Source of the DNA: Vicugna vicugna
Taxonomy: Eukaryota
Reading direction: 5' to 3'
Assembly: GCA_013265495.1 (NCBI GenBank)
Contig: MU058781.1
Coordinates: 1,902,963 to 1,966,962 of the forward strand
DNA: 64,000 nt
Below, in pieces: positions 49,764-61,027 of the stretch. The notes beneath the pieces are model-generated. The model searched no databases, was not told where the DNA came from, and saw nothing but the letters and a program-made list of their open reading frames with translations. Made by a program: the position numbers and the translations under genes. How positions within the stretch are numbered: the first letter of the stretch is position 1; every line of letters begins with the position of its first letter.

Positions 49764-51015
49764 GCTAAGTAGTTAACGTCTGTGGACATACGCTTATATA
49801 TGTGTGAGAAGCTGACGTGAGGTCACAGAGTATACTTTTCCCTAGACACACAGGGAGACAGACAGGCAGACAGACACACACGTACACACACTAGTCAAAA
49901 AACTTGTAGAGACTAGGGAGACTGCTCCTGAGTTTTTAGGCCATATTCTTCATCCCTCCATCCTTGCTCTCATGAATTCTTGTGTATATCCCTGAGGTTC
50001 TGTAGTAGATTCTTCTGACTTTATTTTCCGTTCAACAGGTTTTGTGTGAAATCTAAAGCCTTGAGTGCACAAGATTTCACACAGTTGTGGGGTGGAGAGC
50101 AGAGAAGGGGCAGGGGTCAGATGCTAACCTATCACCCAGCAGGTGAGAGATACCACTTAAACCTTTCAGTTTCTGGAAGCTGAATTTTGTAATGAGCTGT
50201 CACTGTATTTATCACCTAACAATGACTGCAACTGGATAAGGTGTGAAAAAACCTGGAAAACATTACCTGTCAACTACCTTGGTATCTCTGATCAAGCTGT
50301 CTGTGGTGCGGTCCCGGATACCATTGAAAATCAGTACGTGACCTGTTAAAATGGTTCCCTTCATTCCATCCCTTCATTCTGTGGACTGCTTCTGACTTAC
50401 AATATGGTAATTGTTTTGTCAGATCATTAAAGGCAGTCACATTATTAGAACATCCTGATCTTGACTTTATATATGATGTGGTCAAAATTGCATGGGGCTG
50501 GTTCAGCTGCAGTTCAAGAAGACTGTAGGGTAAGCCTGAGCTGTTGCTGGGTAATGTTCCTGCCTGCCCAGGTGTACCCCATGCGGTGGTGTTTACCTTG
50601 AATAATATACTGTGGTCTAAGGTCTGTTGGGTTCATAAAAGTGATTTTGTTGGCATACTCAAGATGGAACCAACTCAAGCATCAGATATAGTTACAGTAA
50701 TTTAAAATAATAAATAGAACTGGCAAGTAGACCAGAAAGTTTGAAGCAGCTCCATCAATAAGCTCACTATGTGAGGAGTCAAATTATCAAAGGTGGGTTG
50801 GTGTCTACAGGATTATACAAAAAGGCTCTTAATTGATCTCAGAATTGATCTAACATTCAGAGATCAATGGCTTGAGGCACTCTTGCCCACAATAGGGATA
50901 GTCCCGCCAGGGGAACCATTATGCTTTGATCAACACTGACAAGCCTGTACTTTCCCAGATGCTTCCATGTTGATGGACTCTTGCCATCCAAATGGCCTCT
51001 ATGACCCTCTGATTC

Positions 51016-51242
51016 TTTTTTTTTTTTCTTGAGTTTTTCTTGACTGAACATTTTCTTTCTTTTTTAAATTGAAGTATAGTCAGTTTACAATGTTGTGTCA
51101 ATTTCTGGTGTACAGAATCATGTTTTAATCACACATGGACATACCTAAACAAGCATTTCTCCAACGAAGACATACAAATGGCCAACAGGCACTCAATGAA
51201 AAAAAGATCAGTATCGCTAATTGTCAGAGAAATGTAAACCAA
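51016..51242 (-). mobile_element. 5'-inverted (twin-primed) L1 with 17-bp TSD
   Basis: Poly(T) plus a minus-strand L1 3' end to ~51143, then a plus-strand ORF2 piece (LNKHFSNEDIQMANRH); TSD gaccct(c/g)tgattctttt at 51003-51019 and 51243-51259. Confidence 0.85.
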
Positions 51243-54200
51243 GACCCTGTGATTCTTTTCACTGCTTCCTTGGCTAACCAACTCCTGTTCACATAGCTGT
51301 CATCCAAATAGGTATGATGCAGCCACTTACTTTTCTACTCACTAAATTACAATCACATGTACGTCCTCCTCATTACTGCACCCCCAGATCCGTGAGGCTG
51401 ACTTTCTAGAGGCTCCCATACTCTTCTATCTTAATTATAGTTGGATAGCCTCTTGGCTTACTTTCACAAGTGGCTAGTTATAGCCATTCTGTCTTACTAG
51501 TTTGTATGCACTTTACCTATGCACTTTACTAGTTTAACTCTGAAAGCGATTTTACTTCCAAGTTCTTTAAAGATATCTAACCAGCCTGCCTCTGTCTCTC
51601 CTGCTCCTCAAACCGACTATTGATTTGAGTTCAAGCTTTGCCCTAAACTGACCTGTGATCAGCGAATTCATTCATCTCACTGACATAATAAGGTGGCCAT
51701 GATATTTCCCCAACTCACAAGACTAATTTTTTTAAAGAGGGGAGCAGTGAGCATGGAAAGAAGAAAATAAGGTAGAAAAAATGAAAAAGGAAGGCACATG
51801 TAATTAAATTCTGTACTATTTTTAATATCTGATTTGTAAATCTGGAAATATAACGGTATTTTAACTAAATAAAGTAATATAATTTAGCACTGCTATAAAT
51901 CTAATTTCTATTATTACTGTTACTTGATTTTATGTGATAATGTTTAGATTAAATCAGCCCCTTACGTTCCAGCCAAGTGGCAGTTATTATTTTTATTTCT
52001 TTTCCCTCCCTCGCTGTTGTGGTGGTGGAGGGGAGACCTCAGGATGTGAAACAGTTTGACTAAGATCTTTAAGAGAATTAATGTGCAGCCTTTAACTACT
52101 CAATGTCAGATCTCCAGATGAAAATGTTAAAATGCAGGCAAAAAAAATTCAGATATAGAACCTTCTTCCATGAGTGAAGCACTGCTCTCCAGACAGCTTT
52201 CAGAACCTGCACCCACTTTCTCATTCTTTATCAGGTAATTTTTGGAAGCCTCTGTTTCCTCTCAGCTCTGAAGAGAACAGTCTTTCAAGACGTCTTTTCT
52301 GTGAGCCAACGTAATGGTAGAAAACCAAGCTGACACCATCCAGAATTTCTCTCCCTATAAACTCTGTCTCCATCCTTTAAGCTAACTTGACAGAATCAAG
52401 CACAAAACACAAGACTTAATAGGTGACTTTGGCCTGTGAATAAAGCATTGCAGGGTATTCTGTTTCTATTTTTCTTGACTTTCCACAAGGAAATTTTATA
52501 TCCCTTAGGAGCCAAGAAGCGTTTCCTGTTGTTAGGGTTTGCTACTGGCACTTGCTTCTTGAACGTCATCTGTCCTGCTCTCAGACTGAGAGGACTGTGC
52601 TGGAACCGTGAAGTTCAGAGCAGGGCAGTCATAGTCTCCTCACCCTGAAGTCCTCGATAGAAGGTTCTAGAAACAACGCTTCTACTGTACCTTGAGACTT
52701 TATGAGCCCCTTTACACATTAATTGGAAGTAAGTAATGTGAATGGATAAGAGGCTCTTGGCCAGCACTGAACTGAGCTGTCACTGATTAGCTGTGTGTAA
52801 CTTATGTTCTCTGGGTCTTTGTTGCCTCAACTGGAAAAACAAAACAAAACAAAACAAAACTTGAAGGGATTGAAGGCAAGGGGCATTTAAGGACTCTCTG
52901 AGGCAAACACTATTATCATCTTTGCACTTCTGATTTTTCAGCCTCCTTGGGGCCAACAGGATGCTGGTGGGAGTGATCTACTCCACCTTCCTGGCCTGTT
53001 CCCTAAAATGCCTGGTACCCTCTCTCTTCTTCTTATGCTACTCGAAGTGAGGGACCCTGAGATGGTGGGGCCACAAGATGGAAAACCCAAATTCCTGAGA
53101 ATAGCTGCCCAAGAGAGCCACTGTCTCAGGAGTGAGGACTGCACTGTACTGCGCTAAACCACCAAGGTTATAGGGTGTCCTTGTTACTGCAGCTCCCTGC
53201 AACGTTACGCTGACTAGTGTGTCCTTCTGGCTCTAAGGAAAGACAGGTGCAAGACAGAGGTAGAAAGAGATCTGAACATAGGAAGGAAGCACTAGACATA
53301 AGCCTACTGTTTACTTGGGTGTCAAAGCTGCTGCTCTCAGTGAGCCAGTGGAAAGGGGGGGTTCTGGACAATACTTAAAGGACGAGGACACATGGTTCTT
53401 TAGTAACGGTGACTCTGGGTGTGTTACAAGGCCATGGTCAAACCTGGAGCAATCTTTTTAAAAAAAGAATAAAGGGAAAATGACATCAGAAACCTTTTTC
53501 ATCAGTAAGAGAGCTCAGAAGATGTCTAAGGACCCAAAACTCACTGATTCCAGCATTTGTGATGTTTGTACTGAGATGGTGGGTATAATGCCACCCCAGA
53601 CTTCTCAGTGATTATGATATTTTCCTTCTGCTGCTTCTGGGTTTTATTTTATTTTATTTCAGTCATTGGGAAAGTGATTCGGTCTGGGCAGCCACCGATC
53701 ACTCGGAGAAGACAGACTGTTCTTTCCATGTTCTTAGTTTAATCGTTTTTCAGAATGGATTCCCACAGCTAGCGTTTTCGTCTTGACTTATTTTTACTAA
53801 GGAAAAGTACCACTTTCAAGAAACCCCCAAAGCTCCATATTTTAGAATAAATGAGGCTTCTCTGTGGGAAAAGGCAGCCACAGAAGACTCTGGGAAACCA
53901 CGTGGCCCTGTGTCAAATCAGGGGAAGCATCTGGTAGGGAGAAAAAAGCTTGTCCAAGCTCAGGGGTCACTTTCAGTGTTCCAGCTCCTGTTTACTTTCT
54001 GGACTGTGGTCAGGTGTCTCTTTGACAGTGCAATTTCTGCAATGCAGCTGGGCCCTTGTGATCCATAATCAAACACAGTAAGCCTTCAGCGATCTCATCC
54101 AGGGGAGCTCAATTTTACTTGATTTAGATGAGAAAGTTAAATCTCTGTCCAGATGTGTTGTGACTCTTACACCTGCAGGACACTTCATCTTGGAATATGC

Positions 54201-54667
54201 TTTCCATTTTCCAGACAAGCTCAGGGGATCTGCATCCCCCAATAAAATTCCTGTCTGCACTAAATTGCCTTGTAGTAGTGATTTATATCTCCATAAAACT
54301 ATGTCTTGAAAAGGAGAATTGGTTTGATTGTATAACTGACATAATTTATGCATGTCTTAGCTTTGGAATAGACTCGGCATTCAAGCAAGGGGAAGAGGTG
54401 TGTGATGTGTGTATGCACATCCAGAGAACGAATGTCAGTGAGGCATCGGGAAGAAATGTCCTCAGGCCTCTTTAGAACACATCAGACTTTGAGACATACC
54501 TTCCTTCAAGTTAGGAGCTCAAACCTCTCCTTCTGGTTTGTAATCAGATACCACCAATTAACTATTTGCTCAAAGAAAGGGAAGGCAACTGTACTTTTTG
54601 AATGCCTTCTTCATGTCAGTCATTGTGCTAGATGCTCTAAGTACATATTTGTTATTTAAATCTTTCC

Positions 54668-54869
54668 AGTCTCCCCTTTCGCCATGTGAGGACATAGCAA
54701 GAAGACAGTCATCTGCAAACTGGGAAGCGGAGTCACTGCACACCAAATCTGCTGGCACCTTGATCTTGGAATTTCCAGCCTTTAGAACTGCGAGAGATAA
54801 ATTTCTGTTTTTTAATCCATCCACCCAGTCTATGGTATTCTGTTACAGCAGCCCAAATGAACTAAGACA
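54668..54869 (+). mobile_element. MLT1A-like LTR, 3' half
   Basis: gccatgtgaggaca...ctggcaccttgatcttgga...cagcagcccaaatgaactaagaca. Confidence 0.85.
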
Positions 54870-55159
54870 AATCGTGACAAGCACTATGGTAAAAATAAAA
54901 TAGTTACTAATAGAAAATTATTTTGATGTTGGCTCTAACCCCAACCCTGGGGGCAACTACTGTTGTGCAGTTAGGGGGGCCTCTCTGAAATGGTGATAGC
55001 TTAGCTGAGCTCTGAATGCCAAGAAGAATCCAGTGAAGGGAACATCTGGGGGAAGACATTCTAGGCAAAGAGAACAATAAGACCAAAGGTTTTGAGGTGG
55101 GAGCAAGTGTGATAATCAGTCAATCAATCAACCAATCTTTCCACAGTCTAACAAATTAT

Positions 55160-55295
55160 TGGCCTCATTTCGTAGAGGAGAAATTGGAGGTTCAGAAGGG
55201 GTAAGAAATGCTTATGCATGTGGGGGTGGGCAGAGATTTGAACCCAGATCTTTCTGGCCCCAAAGAGCATCCTTTTTGCACTAAGCCACTCACTG
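55160..55295 (-). mobile_element. MIR SINE
   Basis: gaggagaaattggaggttcagaagg...gatttgaacccagatct. Confidence 0.6.
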
Positions 55296-55409
55296 ACCAT
55301 CCTGCTGGGCATACTCTGTTTGCCCAGAATTGGGCTCAGTGTTCTAGGGTTCATAACAGGTCACCTTTTAATCCACTGGGAGACATTATGAGAAATTTCT
55401 TAAGGAGAT

Positions 55410-55852
55410 CATGGCAAATCCTTCCCCTCTCTTGGGGGGCTTCTGTTCACTTGTGTCGCTGTGGACACTGCAGTGTGCTGACCAGAGGCCCCACTGGAGA
55501 CCAAGCAATCATTCTGTCAGTGCCTGAAGACTTGGCCACTGGCAGCTCTCCAGCGAGTCCCCCTGAGATTGTCCTCAGCTGACGAGATCCTCTCAGGCAC
55601 ATCATGCCTCCTCGCTGGGGCAGGCCCATCCTCTTGCCTCAGTTCCAGGCAACCCTGAAGGACCACCCGAGCTTCAGAGGGTCCATGTGATTAGCGGGGG
55701 CCTTTATTTTACTGCACAGCAGTCCAGCTCTCCCTCTGCCTAATCCTGCTTCCTCCACCCCTTGTATGTATCCCTGAGAGCATCCCCATAAACTCCTGCA
55801 CGTCACTCTCCATCTTTCCAGAGTTTGCTTCTCGGGGAATTCGACCTGTGAG
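55410..55852 (+). mobile_element. LTR16-like (ERVL) LTR
   Basis: ctctccctctgcctaatcctgcttcc...ataaactcctgcac...cagagtttgcttctcggggaa...acctgtga. Confidence 0.65.
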
Positions 55853-55903
55853 GTTATTAAATCAAATGTTCCCTGTGGATCAACAATGCTTCTGTTCAGA
55901 CAG

Positions 55904-56177
55904 TGTAACGGGCTCGTGTCCCTCTCCAAACTCGTATGTTGAAGTCCCAGCTCCCCATGTCTCAGAATGTGACTGTGCTTGGATCTAAGGTCTTTAAAGA
56001 GGTGATTCAGGTTAAATGAGGTCATCAGCATAGACCCTAATCCAATAGGGCTGGGGTCCTCATAAGGAGAGATTAGGACACAGGCATACACAGCCTCCAG
56101 AACAGAGAACATACATTTCTGCTGCTTCAGTCGCCCAGGCTGTGGCAGTCTGTAGCGGCAGCCCCCGGGGACTAATA
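55904..56177 (+). mobile_element. MLT1A/B-like LTR with internal deletion
   Basis: tatgttgaagtcc...tcagaatgtgactgtg...gttaaatgaggtcat...cagcctccagaac...gactaata. Confidence 0.8.
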
Positions 56178-56699
56178 AAGGCAGATTTCAAGTACTTCTT
56201 CATTTCAGACCCTGTTCTTTCATCTTTACTCTCAAGGAACAACCTAGAAATCTGAACAGCTTAAATTGTCTTTTAGGTGTAAGGAGATAAGGAAATAATT
56301 CTCCAAAGGCAGTTTTCATATTCTCTAAAATATGTCAAAACAATCATATTTTTAAAGGGGTGGAAAAAAGAGCATGTGAGCTACCCCACTTCATTGCATC
56401 TTCCTTTTTAGGCCATTCATCACAAACCTATAAATCCACAGTCTGACGACTATTTTGGACCTGCAGTGAACTTGTATTTAATGAGAAAAAAAGGATAGCC
56501 TTTTCAAGGTCTGTCAATCAACACTTTCCCGGCCCTCTGAGCAAGAGTTCAGTCTGGCTTTTCTTCGTTAGATAAACCGTAACAGAACATGTCCAACTGC
56601 CAGCTTCCTGCCTTCACACAGGGGGAGGAGTAAGGAACGCTCAAGAAAACACTTTGCAAGTTAAAAGGTTTTTCTTCCAGGTTGTTCCCAGCCAGCCTT

Positions 56700-57310
56700 T
56701 GCACCTCCTGCAGCGGTGCGCTGGGGGAGGCTTAGCTACCAGCTCTCAGAAAATGAGACACGGTGAAGCAGCCTTGAGCCGCCGCCGTGGCCGACTCCCG
56801 GGTGCCAGTACTCGCGCTGCGGGTGGCGGCCCCGCGCCGCCGCGCTGAGGGCGCGGCGGGCCGGGGGGCGGGGGGCCGGGACCAGCTGCCCCGCGCGCAG
56901 GGGCCCCGCGGAGGCAGGAGGAGGCCGCCGCGCCGTGTCCCCGCGGCCCTGGGCCGGCCCGCCCCTGGCCCCCCGCACCGACATCTGCGCGGTGACCGCA
57001 GGGCTCCCTGCCGTTTGCTGAGCTTTTTCGTAAGGGGCTTCCTATTAAGTGTCTTTCTGAGTTCGGCACAGGTTTCCCCAATTTCTCTGGCCCTGTCCTC
57101 CCACTGGCTTCACTGTTGCTCCTGGAGCCAGAAGATGGCAGCCCAAGGCGGGCTCAGGGGCACAGCCGCCCCAGCCCGCGCCGGACTCCCGGAGGCCCTT
57201 TCTCACCGGGCCTTCCCTTACGCTCTGCCCCTCGCGTCGTCCCTCTTAGTGGTCGTGCAGCCGCACAGACTTTATTTCTTCCGGGTGGAAGACCTCTGGG
57301 TTTCCCGGGA
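56700..57310. promoter_or_regulatory. Intronic CpG island ~2 kb downstream of the distal NEDD9 exon
   Basis: Very high GC and CpG content at 56760-57000, GC boxes, a G4-type motif at 56858-56880, and CTCF-like GAGCCAGAAGATGGCAGCC at 57125-57143. Confidence 0.75.
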
Positions 57311-57317
57311 AGCATCC

Positions 57318-57545
57318 ATGGAGAGCTTGGTGTGTGCCAAACACAACGCTAAGCAATCTACATACTTAATCATCCAAACAACCCCTCGCGGTAAGTGCTA
57401 TTCTTACCCCCATTTTATGGATGAAGAAACTGAGGCACAAAGAGGTTAAGTGACTTGTTCAGAGTCCTACTACTTGTCAGTGGCAGGGCTGGGATTCAAT
57501 TCAGGCAGTATGGCTTCACGTCCCTATTTTTAACCAACGCAGTGC
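57318..57545 (-). mobile_element. MIR SINE
   Basis: ccccattttatggatgaagaaactgaggcacaaagaggttaagtgacttg. Confidence 0.85.
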
Positions 57546-57663
57546 CCCCTCAAAAGCAGTAGGAATGTACCCTTAGGAAGCATTGACAACAGAGAACAAA
57601 TGCTCCTTTTTATTAGGTGATACTAATAACTGCCAAATATTTACATTCTACTTAGTCTAATAT

Positions 57664-57676
57664 TGTGTGTGTGTGT

Positions 57677-57716
<40 letters not shown>
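57664..57716. repeat. (TG)n microsatellite
   Basis: Directly visible. Others lie at ~20019-20047, ~25235-25257 (CA) and ~47619-47643. Confidence 0.95.
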
Positions 57717-57719
<3 letters not shown>

Positions 57720-57984
57720 GAATATTGAAATAAAGTTCAATGATGAGAAAAAAATCCCATCACCCAGAAGCGATGGAATGAATGAACTCAAAGGATCTTT
57801 GGACTCTGAACATAGATAATTTTAAAACAAATTTAGGATTCCAGGTGGTAGAACTGTCTGGCTTTCAGGTTTAGGATACCAAAAGTTGAGAAGCAACATG
57901 TGTATTTGAAATACGCCATGGCTAATATTCATTGCAGGGACTGCAAAGAAATGAAATATTGGCTTGCTTTAGAGACTGCTGATC

Positions 57985-58105
57985 ACCCTCCCTCTGTCCT
58001 TTCCTTTTCTTCTTTCCTTTCTTCCTACCTTCCTTCCATCCTCTCTCTTTTTCTCTCCCTTTCTCTCTCTCTTTCTTCCTTCTTCTTTTCTTCCTCTCTT
58101 TTTGT
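57985..58105. repeat. Polypyrimidine (CT-rich) low-complexity tract
   Basis: About 120 bp that is almost entirely C/T. Confidence 0.8.
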
Positions 58106-58619
58106 CTCAGTTTAATAAAATTGGCTGAGTAGGTATAAAAAAGTGAGAAGAGGTGATTCTTATTTCATTCTTCATTAAGAGGTTAGTATTAACACTGAAT
58201 GACTTGAGGGATCACACATAAATGTAATTTGCTCCAGTTTGAAATCATACTTTGGTTTGGCTAAAGCTTCAAAGTGTCCAGTTCTGTGACAGATTTGTGT
58301 CATAGAATCCTAGGATGAGGGGGAATTTTTAAGAGGTCACTACTTTACTTTAAAACATCACTGTGACATGACAATCTAATTGGTGTTTAAGGACTTCCAG
58401 GGAAATCCTTTTATTACTTACCAAAATGTCTTAAGAAAACATATATCATTTTCCTTAACTTATAGCCTCTCTCCTATAAATGAAACAGGGCCCTCTTTGG
58501 ATTGAGGTGGCTGCCCGGTGCTTTCTTATTTGTGTTGTTGGTGAGTTCTCCATGTGACACAGACAACAGATTACTGATCTCAACATGTAAGGGAATTAAC
58601 CTTTTTTCTTTTGAGCACA

Positions 58620-58760
58620 AGTTACTTTAAATGCGTTTTCTCATTTCATCCTCAAGACAATCCTTCTATCACTATTTTATAAATTTGAAAACAGATTCAA
58701 AAGGCTCAAGGAAGTGACTCAGGGTCACAGAAGAGTGAGGCTTAAATCCAGGTCTGCCCC
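58620..58760 (-). mobile_element. MIR SINE remnant
   Basis: ctcatttcatcctcaagacaatcc...gtgactcagggtcacag...aaatccaggtctg. Confidence 0.6.
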
Positions 58761-59349
58761 CAGGGGCACCCCACCATGCCATGTGCCTGCCTCCCTTAGA
58801 AGTCAGTGAATAGGTACAATCACACGTCACTTCTTCTACTTAGTGTCCGTAGAACCTTTAGGAAGCCTTGGTGAGATAGGAGAATTGACTACTTTAACCC
58901 TAGCCCCCACCCCAGGCCACGGTGACTTTCTTGTGGAATGGCGGACCAGAAAAGGAATGGTTCAGAGGTGATTAGCAGACAGAGAAAGGAGGCACCAGAG
59001 AGCTGGCCAATCAGTAACCTAGGTGACCAGCTTCTGAATAGTTCAGAAGTATAACCAGACCTGCCTGGGGACTGGTTACACCAGACAGAATATTCTTACC
59101 CACATCCCAGCAGACTGCTTCCTCAGAGATCTCTGGGTGGTAGAGGATTTCCTGTAGACATCAGCATATCCATGTAAAAAGATTCCCCTAGCTGAGCAAA
59201 ATCCAGTGGCCTAAAACCAACCTTTCAATTTCAAGCATTAGTTGCCATCCTGAAAGCCATTGGCATCATTATGTCAAAAAAAAATCGTCTGTGTTTAGTT
59301 GGAAGAAAAGGATACGCAAGAAATGCATGTTTTTTGCATCACTACTCAC

Positions 59350-59361
59350 CCTTGCCCACAT
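59350..59361 (-). CDS. NEDD9: NEDD9 distal alternative first coding segment (M-W-A-R)
   Basis: Minus strand gggaaa ATG TGG GCA AGG|gtgagt, with A at -3 and a consensus phase-0 donor. Same length and phase as the MKYK exon. Matches the recalled alternative NEDD9 N-terminus MW(T/A)R. Confidence 0.88.
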
Positions 59362-59382
59362 TTTCCCAGGTGCTTCTCTCTG

Positions 59383-59466
59383 TTAAGCCAAGGAATGCTG
59401 GAGCTCTGGGTCTTGAAAAGGACAACTGCAGTGTTTTATCCGGCTGACCAGGTCCTTCGTTTTCAT
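59383..59466 (-). other. Upstream ORF (27 aa, MKTKDLVSRIKHCSCPFQDPELQHSLA*) in the distal exon, in frame with MWAR
   Basis: ATG at 59466 (gttATGa), TAA at 59385-59383; 59466-59361=105. Confidence 0.6.
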
Positions 59467-59669
59467 AACTCTACTTAAAGAACACACGGTGTTCTCAGGC
59501 CAGTGTACGACGTGAAAGAGTTCACAACTTCCTGAGCCTGAAAAGAGAAATTGAAGACATGAACGTGGGTGAACTCTGGCAGAGGCCGAAATGCTTTTCA
59601 TCTCTTAAGGATGGCATCCTAGCGGTTGGAAGAATCAGATCCATAGTCTCATGGGTGGAACCCATCATT

Positions 59670-59900
59670 TGATCATGCAATCAAAGATAACATTTATGGA
59701 GCTGGAACTTCAAAGAGGCATAAAGTATGGTCTTGTGCTCAAGGAGCCCACAGTCTAGGAGGGCAACCCAAACAATCCAGTGCAGTAAAATGTCACAGCT
59801 GCTCTGGTGGCACATGAAGTGGGTCTGGTAAGGGCCCGAAGGAGGGGAAGGTAAACTCTGGGTGGAGTCTTGAGCGATGGGTAGATGTTTGTCCGATGGT
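59670..59900 (-). mobile_element. L2 remnant
   Basis: acatttatggagc...atggtcttgtgctcaaggagcccacagtctagg...gagtcttga. Confidence 0.5.
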
Positions 59901-61027
59901 TCTTACTGGGGCAAAATGGCAGAAGTGTGACCCTTCATTGTCTAAAATCTACAACTTTAGTCCTGTCATTGATGAAACTTGTTTTTCCACTCCTCTACCC
60001 AAGCGTCCCATCAGCCCCCTTTAAGAGAATCTACTGAGTTGCTGCTTTGATGATTCTAAAGGCACCAAATATCTGGCTCTACCCAGCAGTGGCTGGTGAA
60101 GTTCCCTGAAGCCGTATGCTTTTCTTGTTTCCCCCAAATGAAGAAACTGGTACTTTGGCAATGTGGCTTTTAAATAGCTTAGATGCGAAGCCCAGAATTT
60201 GATTTTTCAGGGAAAAAAATTGCCTGGCTTTTGGTTGGTTACTCCTGGCCAGTTTTTCACTTCCCTTTCATTGTCTCTCAGCCATAAAGTTCAGTTTGGG
60301 GATGAGGGGGTGTGTGTGTGTGAATTTTTATGGACTGTAGTTGAAATATACATTCTTAGAAAAACCCTGATATGTAAACCATGCGGGACACTTGGAAATC
60401 TTTTTGAGAATCAGCAAGCTGAATCTTTGTAATAGGAAAGTGGTTTTCCTATCAAGAATGAAAAACCAAAATGAACAGGATGTTTTAAAATGTGGAGCAG
60501 GAAAGTAAGGGCCGTGTCCAGGACACGGCAGAGGCTCAGCATGCTGTGTAAGGAGCCCATCCGGGTGCCTTTCTGGAGAGGAGAGAGGGCTTCCTAGAAC
60601 TGCTTTCCAAATGGAGGATGATTGGGAGTTGGTCTCCTTCACTTCTGTTAGGATGGAAACAGCCTCCTGTAATTTTGGTTTGATAAACACAGTATATATA
60701 ACATTGGTCAAGAGGGAGGAAAAGAAAGTCCCCCTGGGGCTGGGCCACTTGCAGTGGCGAGGCAAAAGAATGTGGGCCCGTGGCTCATCTGCTCTGCCTG
60801 TGTCCGTGCCTGGTCACTCAGGGACCTCGGTCTGGACGGTGGAGAGAACGGCAGTGAGAGGCACTGTGTTTCCAGCGTCTGTCCATTTCCCCCTTAGGTC
60901 TTCACACCTTGAGATATTTTAACTGCCCAAGGTGTCTGAGCTGAAAGGCAGCCTCTCAGAGCTGATCTGTCTACGGGGATCCCATAAACTGTAGCACCAG
61001 GAATAAAATATATAGAGAGAGATTTCA

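Larger units (their letters stand above)
59350..59537 (-). other. NEDD9: Full distal NEDD9 exon (188 nt, mostly 5'UTR)
   Basis: Acceptor tcttcaatttctcttttcag| (AG at 59539-59538) and donor gtgagt at 59349-59344. The acceptor implies further non-coding exon(s) upstream, probably right of the window. Confidence 0.7.

Noticed and set aside
50270..51010. Possible ancient RT or pseudogene remnant (GKYRLVS peptide on the minus strand)
   Set aside because: Only a short chance-level resemblance to LINE RT motifs, with many stops. It cannot be supported without a profile search.
56787..57449. Longest ORF (220 aa) and overlapping ORFs in the CpG island
   Set aside because: Arg/Gly/Pro/Ala-rich reading produced by GC content. 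It runs into a MIR and has no recognisable domain.
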